Shown here: positions 36,110 to 48,878 of the stretch, piece after piece | Layout of the letters: each line of letters starts with the position of its first letter | Numbering within the stretch: position 1 is the first letter of the stretch | Assembly: GCA_965645245.1 (NCBI GenBank) | Contig: OZ287073.1 | Location: forward strand, 1,178,001-1,242,000 | Origin: Massalongia carnosa | Lineage: Eukaryota | DNA length: 64,000 nt | Direction: 5' to 3' | Program-made: the position numbers and the translations under genes | The notes under the pieces: generated by a model | What the model was told of the DNA's origin: nothing | What the model saw: only the letters and a program-made list of their open reading frames with translations | Database searches by the model: none

Positions 36110-38606
36110 ATGTCTCGCCGAGTGTTTGATGTCGGATTGGATATGGGACGGATCAAGAACGGTCTGAAGCTCAACAAAGACGCCAGGCGCGCCAAAACCG
36201 CGCGGTCCGCCACGAATTCGTACACGGACGACTCGCCGTTTTTGAACCAGCAAGTCGCAGTCATTCCCAAGCTGCAGAACAAACGGAGCACCCCCAACGT
36301 TCGCGCTCTCGATTTCGACGACCATGAGCCAACGTCCAGCAGCGAGCCGGTCGTCTTGCCGTCGGCGAGATCTCCGGATCGAGTCATGCATGGAGGCTTC
36401 CCTCGACCACCGTCGCATCAATCGTCGCCGGTCAACGAAGAGCCGTCCACGCAAGACGCACCGGTCAGCCAGCGCCACAGCGGAGGCGATGCGGATCTCA
36501 ACTTTGACCTTCGCCCGCCCCCACCCAACAAGCCCGTCAAATTTCTCGACACCCTGTCCGAGCAGCTCTTCTCAGGCGATCATTTGAACGTCATCCTGGG
36601 CGACCCATCCCTTTTCCTTCGGTTCACCGCCTTCCTTAACCGCTACCGGCCTCACTCGGCCCCCGTGCTGGTGCGATACCTCGAGCAGCACAAGGCCATG
36701 AAGGCGGTGGAATACGCAAACGCGCTGGCGCAGACCATCAGATCGATTCCGGGAGACCCTCTGGATCAGACCCCTTGTCCAGCCGCCTCAATCGATCCGA
36801 TGTTCGAAGCGAGAGCGAAGAAGGCCTTCACAGCGTTGGTGACGGAAGCGTTGCCCGCTTATATCACGCACGCGTTGGTGAAGGTGGTAACGGAGAGCAT
36901 GGTAAAAGAAATCACTGGCACTACGATGCCCGTGATGCGCGGGCTAGTGGGCGGTCTCGCCGAGGTGTTCTGTTTGTCAGACCCCAGCCTCAAGGACAAT
37001 CCGATTGTGTATGCAAGTGAAGGTGCATCCGACGAACTCCCCGCCAGGCCCCGGTGACTAACCGCTTTTGCAGAATTCTACCGAACCACCCAATATGGAC
37101 GAGATTATGCGATTGGGAGGAATTGCCGCTTCCTCCAGGGGCCGAAAACCGACCGACGCTGCGTTTCGCGACTCGGCGCGGCCCTGAAGGCGGGGCAAGA
37201 GTTTTCCGAGGTCATCCTCAATTAGTATGTTTGCCCTCGGGCGACGGTTCTTGGGATTGACTAACCGTCCTCAGCCGAAGAGACGGGTCGCCGTTCATGA
37301 ACCTTTTGCTGACGGCTCCTCTCTACGACAACCGAGGAACCATACGCTATTTCATCGGCGCCCAGGTAGACGTTTCCGGCCTCATCGAAGAGGGTCGCGG
37401 ACTGGATTCGTTTGCGCGATGCCTGGAAGAGTTGAGCCAGCAACGACAGCGCGAGAATGATCTGGCCGTGGAGAGCGCATCAAAACGGTCGCTGCGGACG
37501 CTGGAGGAATTGGGCCAAATGCTTTCCGTGGACGAATCGGCCGTTTTCCAACCGCGCAGCCGATCAAGCTCGATGCAAGACACCGCGTCGAGCGTCAATC
37601 ATGCTGCGCGCGGCAACCCTAGGAGACGAGAAACCGGTAGCCGGCCGGCAAGAAGGGTGATTGGAAGGGACGAAGGAGATGACGAGGAGGAACGTGGCGC
37701 GTGGGAGTTTGCCTCCGCGGGACCTTCGGGGAAACTCCCAGGGGTATATCAAAACGTACGTATTCTCCTTTCCCCGTGCGCCAGAACTCATACCGGAATC
37801 TCCTTTTCCCTTATGTAAACCCTGCTTGACGGCTTCGATATGACCAGTATCTCCTTGTCCGTCCTTACCCTTCCCTCCGCATCATCTTCGTCTCCTCCGG
37901 CCTCCGCATCCCAGGACTCCTACAATCCCCCTTCCTCTCCCGCATCGGTGGTCCCCCTCACGTCCGCGACAGCCTCTCGGACGCTTTCGAAGCCGGTGCC
38001 GCCGTCACGGCCAAAGTCCTCTGGCTCCCCCAAGGCCGCAGCGCTTCCGACGACAACCAAGACCGGAATCAACCCCAGAAACATGGCACCGAACCACAGG
38101 ATCCCTCCCGGCCCTCGACCCGCCGGGGGCCCTCCCAGACGCACAACCCGTACGGCATGAACGGCGACTCTAACGCGTCGCGCACGCGGTACATCAGCTG
38201 CACGCCCCTGCTCGGTAGCGACGACCAGGTGGGCGTGTGGATGGTCGTCATGGTCGAGAACGAGCAGGTGACGGGCGGGCTGGCATCGCGGGACTTGGCG
38301 CTGCGTCGGTTCGGCGATGTGCCGTCCACGCCGTCGGAGTATGAGCGTGAAGACTACACGTCTGGAAAGGGATGGGCCGGATGGGGCAAGCCAGCGATGA
38401 ACGGACACCCCAACGGCGATGGAGCGAAGATGTACGCTGAGTTCTTGCGGAGTCATCAAGGCCAGGGGAGGAAGGATCGGGGCGAAGAGAACGGGGATCG
38501 CGAGAGGGCTGGTGTGATGGAGGGGATGTTGGATGGGCTGGGCGATGGCGGCGGGGTCCCAAGTGGCAGGGCACGGCTCCACGACGATGCGGCGCAGCGA
38601 CTGTAA
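36110..38606 (+). CDS. RGS-LOV blue-light photoreceptor (BcLOV4-type: RGS-like, LOV and C-terminal conserved domain)
   Basis: Spliced product (introns ~37023-37072, 37225-37274, ~37756-37847) gives FTAFLNRYRP..LVRYLE..KA.KAVEYANA, EVFCLSDPSLKDNPIVYASEEF, GRNCRFLQG with the photoactive Cys, LNYRRDGSPFMNLL..APL, FIGAQVDVS, YLLVRPYPSLRI and CTPLLGS..VGVWMVV. The start codon is uncertain. Confidence 0.88.
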
Positions 38607-39687
38607 GAAGAGCATGAGGGTGCGCGGTTTCCGCGGGGCGCCAGGCACGGGTTGGGGACTTGGACGTTGGATCTCCGGGATGGGTGGGTGGATCACTGCT
38701 TGCATGCCTACATACATACGTCAAATATACATACTTGGTTGTCCGTGATCGAACATTCCGGCCCCCGGGATATACAAAATGGATCGCATCTCCGTTTCGA
38801 GCGAAGTTGTTTTCCCCTTATCAGTCTATCTATCTACATACCATGTGGTCTGTCACTCTACCTATCGCGCTCTATATCTATCCAATTCTTATATCTATTA
38901 TTTTCCCTCCCCTCTAGGGGAAAAAAAGTCAAAATTCAAAATTCAAAATAGAATCGAGTGAGAGAGAGAGGAAGGGTTGAGTGGATTTGTTTTATTGATG
39001 AAAAAATGAAGGAAATGATGAAAAAGAAAAAGATTCACACAAATGGGAAAAGGGTACTGTACGAGAGAGAAAGTAAAGAGATTGAACGGGGTTTTCTCGC
39101 TTTTGAAAGTTTGGCTTTGGCTTTGGCTTTGGCTTATGTATCGCTTTTGGACTTTTTTTATTATTATTATTATTAGTGTGATAGATAGATAGTAGAGTAG
39201 ATAGCTTAGCTATCTATCTATCTATCGGGAAAAGTGTAAGTATGAGAAAGAGAAGAAGAAGCAGAAGAAGGAGTCTATGTAAGATTGAACCTCCTCCTCC
39301 TCCTAGTTAGCTAACTAACTAGCTACATACATACATACATTTCCCCCCCTTTACCACCCGGGGGGGTTTCGTGAGAGCGCTCCAATAAGCGCAGCGCAGG
39401 CTTTGATTGGGATGGGAGACGTTTGAGGAGTTTCTGTTTTCTTGAGGGCTTGATTTTTTTTGGGGGGGGGGGGGGACTAAATAGATATAGATACCTATGT
39501 ATAACGAGAAGACGAACCATGAACTGGGAACCGTGAACCATGGACAGGAAAGAATACCTAACAAAAAACTAGGGCGGGTCCCCCCCCCCCTTTTCCCCCA
39601 AACGCCACGCCATGGTTGATTCATAGATAAGTTACTCCGTAAAGGGGAAAAAAAACCTCTCCAGTCTTTTCACGAGCAATACTACTA

Positions 39688-40968
39688 CTACCCTGCCGCA
39701 CCGGTGATTTGTTGCGGTTGCGATTGCGCCTGGAGGTGCTGCGCCGCGGCTACGTCCGGGGTTTGCCGGTAAAGGACGATTTCGGATTGTTTGAAGTAGC
39801 GGCGCGCGTCTGTGGTGCGCGAGGGAGAAAGGGGGCTGGTTAGCTTTTGGAGGGAGTGGTGAAAGGGGGGTTGAGATTGATAGGGGAGGTCAAGGTGGAT
39901 GGGTGATCCCGGGCTTTCTGGGAGGATGGAAGACGGAGAGAAGAAATTCACGTACCTTCATCGATGAGTACTAGACTCAGATAGTAGCGTGTGGAGTATT
40001 TCTTATTGACTTCGCGGAACGTAGGGGTGAGGTCGAAGCCGCCGAGGAATAGGCGGATGGGTATGGTTTCTCCTGTCCACTGGCATTAGGGTATAGATAT
40101 CCAACAAGCTAGAGCGACGCAAGCGTTCTGTCATCACTGCATACCTCTTGATGGAGAGCCGTCCATTATCTATATCTCATCAGCACGTTGTCAACCACCA
40201 CCAGCCGAAACGTATACCTCGAATCGAACCAGCGTCTCGCTTTCATTGTATTGGTTTGGCGCCACGCCCGTCGTCTCCCTTCGAATAATTGACAACTCCA
40301 TATGCTTAATCTTCAAGCGAACCAGCAGGAAGTATATCCTCCCCACAATCACGTCTTTCAGGTGGTACTTGGATTTGGAATACTCGAATTCAATATGCAG
40401 GCAGTCCTCAATGCCCACGTCCATCTTGATGGAGCTGTTGGTTTCCGGCGGGATGCGGTACGAGTAGACCCAAATGTCCTTTTCTCGAACCACGTCGGCC
40501 ATGCGCCGCGACACCGTGACTCGCACAAAATAGCGGAGTTTGACGTTGATGCCGTTGTAGGACTCGTATTGCTTCTCGACGTTTTTGAAATTGAAGTCAA
40601 AGGTCTGCGGATGCTGAAGGTCGCCCGGGGCAGCTAGCTCTTGGCCAAGGGACAGGAACTCGTAGTGATTGCCTCTGTCAAAGAACATCTCTACAGGCAC
40701 GATCAGAAGGGAAATCCTTCGCAGGCGCACAGAGCTTGATGAGGATACCAATCGTGCCAATGAATTGTACCTTGATTCCTGTATGCTCCAACCTCTTGCC
40801 GTCTTTCGGTCGGATGGTCACGGCGCCTTTGACCGATTCTCCATCCATGTATAGCAGCGCTTTTTCTCGTCGATTTTTCTCCATTTTCATCTCGACCATT
40901 GCTTTTTCATCAGTGTCTCCCAAGACAATGTCGATATCCACCGGAGTGGCGAAGAAGTAGGAAGACAT
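39688..40968 (-). CDS. VPS26: Retromer subunit Vps26
   Basis: MSSYFFATPVDIDI, YMDGESVKGAVTIRPKDGKRLEHTGIKVQFIG, IKMDVGIEDCLHIEFEYSKSKYHLKD and RRYFKQSEIVLYR; several introns. Confidence 0.95.
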
Positions 40969-42305
40969 GGCTTTTGGGTGATGGATTTCAAAGTACAATC
41001 GGATTGTTGACTTGTTGTTACGCTCGTCAGACTACATAATGCCATTTCAGGTCGCGATATCTCGCCAAAGCCTTCAGCCCTATAGGGCCTCCAGCCTGTC
41101 TCTACCTACCCATAACGTCAAGATGAGATCGGAGACGGATGTGTGAATTAAAGACAAAAGCAGCGCTTTCGATTTCTTCGTTCTCGTAGTCCCCTTAGAA
41201 GAATGCCAGATGATAAACTATACGAGAATATCTGAGCATCTTTTGTGATTGATGTGGGCAACCTTCCTCCATTTTCCATATTCTAAAATCCTATGCCTTG
41301 AAAAAATTTTGGACGTTCAACCTTCCAAGATAACCCTCACGCCAAAGCATTCAAGTCAAGACCAGAACGGATAATGTCCAAATAGGAGTAAAACATTGGG
41401 GGGAAAATCAAGGTCTACTACATGGCGTATATTATAGAGTATCCCCCATTAGTAGTATGAGACGAGTACCGCTTATTAGGAATAGCCTCTGTTCCAGGTG
41501 CAAATCTGGGTGGATGCCCTATCACCAAACGAAAGGAGTCCCTCGGTAGAAATTGAACGGCCGGGCCTACAGCTTCCTGTGAAGCCGGGGCGTTTCCAAT
41601 TGATCGATCACGCCTTTCCATGCGTTGAAGATCTTCGGTGATTCCATTCGGCACAGTTTGTTATCATCCGTTTGTTATCACCTGTTCTGCAAGATTATCT
41701 TTCGGGATCAAAGACTTGAAGTCATCCGAAAGTTGGTCGTCATGGTCGAACGAGATAGATAGGTCACATAACAAAGATGGGAACCGAGTAGTTATGTTCA
41801 TCTCTTTCGTAATCGGATTGCATTAGTTATCTATATAATTGTTTATTTCTCGGCACTTATCTTGCGCCGGGCACTAAAATGAGGTTGTTGAATAGTGACA
41901 ACTGATGAGATATCAGGGCGAAAGTCAAAAGTCAATTATTGCCACCCAAATCGGTCATTCTTTGGACCATTCTTTGGAAATTCTCCGAGTTTCCGAGAGG
42001 GGTTGATAGTACCCCCACGCTAGGCCTAACATGGATAGCTAGGTACTTTTGGGGATCTGTTTGACGTCTCGTGATTTTTCAGCGGTTGAGGTGCTACAAA
42101 CATGTTCATCTTGAATGAGCCACGTACAGGGAATCGGTGGACGGCCCGTATATTGACTTTGGTCATCCAATGGTTTGTTTTTCTCTTCCTGCAATTATGG
42201 CAATATGAACTAAAGGGATCTGCCACGGATGGCTTCACTGAGCATCCGGCTATTTCGAAATCCCCGTTGAGCGGTTAGAGCTGGCGCAAGACATCGTTCA
42301 GCCAA

Positions 42306-42307
<2 letters not shown>

Positions 42308-42340
<33 letters not shown>
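42308..42340. repeat. (AGC)11 microsatellite
   Basis: Directly visible. Confidence 0.9.
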
Positions 42341-42341
<1 letters not shown>

Positions 42342-43767
42342 CTAATTTCTGCAACGCCAAGATAATTTTTCGCCTTTCTACATGTCCGCCTAGCGAACAA
42401 CCGCGGTAATTAGTCCAAGGAAACGAAGTACCTACCAAGAGATTGAGCACGAGGCTCAACAGGCATGGTCAGCGATGGCTGTCATTGCTCTGTGTCATTC
42501 TGATTACATATTTTGACTTTGACTCCAAGGCAGTTTCCATACAGCAAGAGTTGGCGCTTCTTCCAAGACTTTTCTTTTGACCAATATTCTGCACAACGCA
42601 TCAACGGTGAGGTGCTTGCAAGGCCAAAAGACACGTTCTCGCAAACGCGCATTGTGCAAGGCGCAACATGCAATCAGAAGCCCAGTCACCAGGAAGCATG
42701 ACGAAGAATGACAACTTAAGCACGAATCCTCTCGCTTAATAACGACTCATGATAGATGATGTATTTTCCCATTCGCTGTTGAGGTCCAGAAGATGACCGA
42801 AATACATGAAGTGCATGGGCTATTCCAACTCATGTTGCATTAAGTTATTACTGCATTTCTCCCCCTTCCCTTCTGACCGAACGTTGTACTTCGTACATCC
42901 TGCCAGACTCCCAAGGAGTTCCTTTGCCTGCTTTCAACGCTCAGACCTCTTCCGCTCGCCTTGCCAGTCTTTGAGGGATTGAAGCATTGGAGCATTGAAG
43001 CATCGGAGCGCAGGATTGATATCTGCCTATTCGGCCGGACTGTTGTTCCACCTTTGGTGCTGACTTCCTGCCGGTCACAGGAAAGAAATATGGGTTAACT
43101 AGCAAGTCCCTTCTCCTGTCCAGCTAGCGGGTTCTCTTCATAAATTATTCGAGCTTGCCATTTTAAATGGAGAATAAAGAAGAAGTAAATGGCTGTAGAT
43201 GGGAGTATATGAGTGGATAAGGGGAAGTCTGGAGCGAATTGGTTTTTTGTTCCGATCAGGGTTTACCATGGCTCATACAAATTGGCTTTTTAGTGTGGGG
43301 TGCCGGGATTTGCGACAGTCTAACCGAATCGGACGATGCTGACTTTTTGACTAAGGGGACTAGACCTAACCGGCTGCAAAATTCCAGTATTCCGTCATAT
43401 CGCTGTTGATTCGTTCTCGCCGCCAAAACGCGCCTCGCAGCCAATCTGATTCTTTCTTTCTTTCTTTTCCTTTCCGCACACTACACCGTGACCCCAAAAT
43501 CGAACTGGACCGACCGAATGATCAATCAAGACCACCACGCCATCTGCTATGGCCTGTTGGCCGGTTTCGTTTCCCTTCAAATACGGGCAATTCCCGCCCC
43601 GTTTGTCTCCACATTTGAAAACTATGGAAATCAAGCCTTCTGTTGTTCCGCCCTTCGTCACTGCCAGGCCGCGATTCTCATTCGAGTTTCAAAAACTTTC
43701 AGTGATCCCAACCCGCTAGAACCCCAGCCTTTTCAAACCTCGTCTCCTGGCGTCACCACTATTTAAA

Positions 43768-44512
43768 ATGACCATGTTCACCATCAACCGTAGGCATCAA
43801 CTCCCTGCCTCTCCTTCTCCCATGGAGTATTCATCCACCGCCTCGGTCAAACAAATTAACGGAGCCATCTCATCGCCTCAATACCGCCACATGTGGATCA
43901 TCACGGGGCCAGCAGGTTGTGGCAAGAGCACCGTTGCGCAGTACTTGGCCAAGGAGCTTTCTATACCCTACATTGAAGGTGATGATGTGAGCAAAGCCTT
44001 GGATCAATGCTAGTCTGCACTCGTGGCTGATGCTTCCCTCCTCGGAATAGTACCACTCCGACTCCAACAAGCAAAAAATGTCTCAAAATAAGCCGTTGAC
44101 CGACATTGATCGCTGGGACTGGCTCATCGCACTTCGCGAAGCAGCCGCTGCCCGTCTTTCTCCATCAGGGTCATCGGCCACGAAGCCCCACGACGGCGTT
44201 GTGGTTACCTGTTCGGCGTTGAAGCGTAAATACCGCGATGTCATCCGCATTGCTGCGTACAACAACCACAGCGTGCTGGTGCACTTCATTTACCTACGAG
44301 CAAGCGAAGCGGTTCTAATGGCGCGAGTGCAAGGCAGGAAAGGGCATTATATGAAAAGCGGCATGGTGCACTCCCAGATGGAGATGCTAGAGGAGCCGGA
44401 TGTGGAGGAGCAACGCCGAGATGTGCTCGAGGTCGATTGTGGCGCAAGCTTGACCGAGGTTCAAAAAATGGTGGTGCGAACTGTCCGTGGAGCTCTTGTG
44501 GACGACTTATAA
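43768..44512 (+). CDS. Gluconokinase (GntK/IdnK family)
   Basis: P-loop ITGPAGCGKST, IEGDD/YH (intron 43987-44050), PLTDIDRWDWL, VVTCSALKRKYRD and GHYMKSGMVHSQMEMLEEP. Confidence 0.92.
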
Positions 44513-46872
44513 TGTGCGCACATGCATCAAGGGTTCAGGCGTACGATGTTCTATATGGGCTTCGGCAAAATCGCACTCCTAGCGGCAGACATGCTGCTGG
44601 CGAGGGTGGAATTCGGTGGTTGCCATCAACATCCCCAGGGGTGGGTTTTGGGGAGTCATGCTTATATACATCAAAAGCTGTTTCCCATACGCTGATACTT
44701 AGTTAACCATGATATCATAACACGATGTAACCTCATGGATGATGGGGCGGTGCAGAAGGGATTGGACTCAACGTCGTTCATCATCCATGACTTCAGAAGA
44801 TCGAAGATTCGCTTTCTTTGGGCAGCCTAGCAGTGCCAGCTGCCTAAGTATGTTCCCCACATTTGCTCTGGCCAGTCGGAGCCATTGTCCTGCAACCATC
44901 TTTTTTATTCCACCCAATCCGTCTGTTACGACCTTCCGGACGTTCCAACCCCTCTGTCCGACAGTTCCAACCTCTCATATGTCATCGCTAGCAACAAAGA
45001 ACCGACGAGAGGGCAGACAAGCAGACAGGGAGATAAGAAAGCACTCGCTGTATGATAAATCGAGGCCTAAGGTGCTAATGGAAAGAAAACCATCGCAGCC
45101 GGGCACAATCGGGTTGACCGGGTGAGCGAAAGTTGCCTTACGTGTCAGGTGAGTAGGATGAGGTTAAGTATGACCTGGCATCTGAGTTTCAAAACATTCC
45201 ATCCCAGTGTTGGGGGATCCCTTTCATCGTCTTGATTTCTCCTGCGTACAGGGTACTCGTACTCTCCACATGCCCTGTCCTTTGGCTGGAAACCTAACCC
45301 CACTATTAGTCACACCTCCCCCATTTTCTCACTTGAACCCTTCCGTCAGACCAACCGCACCAATCAATTCCTTCCCTCTTCAGCCCCTTTCCCATCCTAC
45401 CACATCGTGTACACAGCCAAACCATTTGACGTTTCATACATCCACACATTCCCTAAATTGCGCCACGGGCTTGTGTTCCCCATCATCATTTGTTTGTACC
45501 CAGCGAGGAGTGGCGTGGCTGGATAAAGATGATTGGAGATGCTTGCCATGGACGTTGGTTTTACTATCTTGCAGCGGAATCTCTGCTTCTGCTACCCCCC
45601 AAAAACCTAGTAAAACTCTCACCCACCTAGCTTGCCGGCCCCTATATCAATTCTAACCAAGTCGATGGAGACAAGAGCCCTTTTCCTTGTCCATTCCCCA
45701 AAACCTAGGTAGCGCGATTCACGCTCCAATTCCTCGCGAGAGATATTCTTCCTTTCCCGCCATAGAAAACCAAAGGAAGAAAAGACTGCGATCGGACTAC
45801 GGGAAATAAGAGATAGGGGGTGTAACTGACTGTTTCTGCGACGTTTGGGAGGGTTGGGTTGGAAACGGGCGTGCTTGCTCGGTCTCCGCCGTCTGGAACG
45901 CGGCCGGAAAAGACGATTTGGAACGGAAGTTGCGCCGCTTTACATACGAATGGGTGTTCTTGGAGCTTTGGCTTGTGTGTCGCATAGGTAGATGAGTAGG
46001 TTATCTACCAGGCAGAGTGGGGGGAGCAGTAGTGAATACTAGGCCCGGTTGTGTATGCAGTTCGCGATGCATGCCTCGCACACAATCCAATCTCCTTTTC
46101 AGTCCGTACCTCTTTTTTTCTCACCGGTGCGCCCTTTCCTTTCCTGGCTGTGCAAAAGAAAAACCCCCTTGGGAAAAGAGAAGGGCGAGTGGATTGAGTG
46201 AGTGGCTGAGAGAGAGGAAAAGAAGAAATAAGAAAAAAAAGAAAAGTTGGTTCCCTCTCGAGCGGCTTTGATGAGAAGATAGGTGTGGGGATATGGGATA
46301 TGAATCAATGATTTTGGGCCAATTTTGTGGCTATGATTGCGATTAGGATATTTGGCGTTCAGGGAAGGGGGGGGGGGTTTTTTATAGAGATAGAGAGTGA
46401 GTGAGAAAATAGAAACGGATAAGTTGAAAAACGAAGAAAGAATAGGATGCAAGAAAGTGGAGGAAAGGGGAGGAAGAAAGAGTGATTACTAAGATTCATT
46501 CTCTTGTAGAGCTAGTGGGGTGGTTTTTTGGGGTGGGGGGGAAGAGAAGAAGAGAAGAGGTGAGTGGAGAGGAGATGAGAAGAGGAAGAGTAGGAGGTGA
46601 AATATCCAAGGCATGTATCTATCTATATATATCTGATTGGAGAAAGGTGAGTGAATGGATGAGAGCAATCACTTTGCTGGAACTACTTTTTATGGAAAGC
46701 TGAAAGGTTCGGGATTTCAGTTCAGATTAGATCGTCGTCGTCGAACGCGGCTACTAGATATTTTCATCTTTCACCACCTCCTCCCCTTTCTGTTCCGCCA
46801 AACCCCACGCCCCAACAACTCTTCGCCCCCCTTCACACCAAGCTTCCGCATATCACATCAGCCAGTAGGCAT

Positions 46873-48443
46873 TCATCTCAACCTTGCCAACATCGTCGCC
46901 GGCTCCTCCACAAACCCACGCACCCTCTCCGCCATGCGCGCCATCGTCGCCCCATCCACAACCCGATGATCCGCGCTCCAGCTGAAATTCACCACTTCCC
47001 TCTTCACCACCCGCCCCTCCTCGTCAAACGCGGGCGCCGTTCTCGCCTTCCCCACGCCCAGAATCGCGACTTCGCTCGGCACGATCAAGGGTGCAACGTA
47101 CGTCCCGCCGATGCTGCCAATGTTGCTCACGGTAATAGTCCCGCCGGAAAGGTCCGCGACAGACAATTTTCCTGCTTTGGCGAGGCGCTGCAGTCGGGCG
47201 AGATCGGCGGCGATGTCAAGAATAGACAGCGCGGTGACGTTCTTGATGTTGGGGACCAGGAGGCCTTGAGGCGTGTCCATGGCCACTCCTACATTGTGTT
47301 TCTCACGCGTGATGAGCTGGGGTGGGTCGCACCCGGCGGGGCTGCCGAGATCGATGCGAGAGTTTAAGAGAGGGAAGGCTTCAAGGGCGAGGGAGACGGC
47401 TTTTATTAAAAAGGCGAGGGAGGAGAGGCGCTGCGGGGATTCTGGATGGATGTTCAGGCGGTGGCGGAGCGCGGATAGGGGGGTAAGGTTGATTTCGTCC
47501 GCGAAGAGGAAGTGGGGAATGGTCAGGGAACGAGTCATGGTTTTGAACATTTGGGATTGGATTGGAGTCATGGTGATGCGCTTCTCGATCTGAGGCCTAT
47601 CATCATGAACGGACGTCCGAAAGGTTGATATTTGGGGCGTTGTAGCTTGATTAGCATCTCGGGCTGCTGCATATTTGTGGACGTCGTCTTTCATTACTCG
47701 TCCGTCTTTGCCTGTACCTACGATATCTTCTATGTTTGCTTCCAGCTCTTTGAGGAGCCCTCGTACGGCAGGCGTTGCTAATGATGTGTGTTTAAATTTT
47801 GGTAGAATTGATGCCTTAAAAAGATTATGGTTCGAGCGCAAAATTTCCTGCTCTTGCTCTATTGCTTGCTGTGGCTGCTGTGGCGAAGAAGCGGAGCTAG
47901 CCGGTTCGATTGAAGGTGTAATATGGGTCTCTTCATCTACTAAGTCGTCTTGAACGTCAATATCGCATAAAGGCTACCATCCATCAGTATTGCTTCGGTC
48001 TCTTTCTCCTATTCGAATTACCTTTCCCACCTGCGCCATATCCTCTGCCTCATAATATATTTTCTTGATTACCCCATCGTATCGGGAGGTAATCTTTGAC
48101 TTTATCAACCATCATACTTCAATAATATCTGCCTGAACTCACCTCAGCCGCTGCTTTATCAGACTGAACCTCACATAACTTATCGAACTGCTCCACACGA
48201 GCTTCAGGCTCGACGAACCATTGTATGATCTGAACTTCCTTGATACCTAAATTAAGTTAGCTCCACAGATGAAGCATTGGTTGAAAACCGACCTTCACCA
48301 ATGTCAGGCAATAGAAAGGGTTTGATTTTAGCTAACGGCGCCGAAATGTGAAAGGTGCACCGAGGTACGCTCTTTTGCCCAGTCAATTTTCGTGGATTTC
48401 GTAGCGGCGTGAAGACTCGGATACACTGCCGTAGAAATCTCAT
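46873..48443 (-). CDS. Branched-chain 2-oxoacid dehydrogenase E2 (dihydrolipoamide acyltransferase), mitochondrial
   Basis: Basic presequence, PFLLPDIGEG, lipoyl motif EVQSDKA, E3-binding LATPAVRGLLKE..GTGKDGRVMKDDV, MFKTMTRSLTIPHF and catalytic SWSADHRVVDGA. Confidence 0.92.
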
Positions 48444-48878
48444 CCTAACCTACATGGCAGAGCCAGAGAAGGCATGCTCTCCGGTCAGCGGTGTAAATAG
48501 TACTCTTTCATGGCGGTTAAGTGGGAGGGATAACTAAACAGTGTTGCTAAGCCGGCAATAACCGCACATTTGATTCGGATAGGATAAGACTTAGTTAGTC
48601 ACCCTTTTCCCTGTCTTTGATTGGGTAAATTTATGAGGTTCAGTACGTCATCTATGATAAAAGTTTAAGTATCTAACGAACTTCCTTCGGTATCATCGCT
48701 GTGGGGGTATCAAATCAGAAAAATAAGACAGCGGGAAAACATGATGTGCAAGAAACCAAAGGTCATAAAAAGAAAACTGTTGCCGTTTCTCAGAGACGAT
48801 TCTCAAAATGGAGAAGCCGTCTATGAATCATAAATCTCTGACAAGATCTCCAGCCCTACCTTAGGCCGTCATGCAGTT

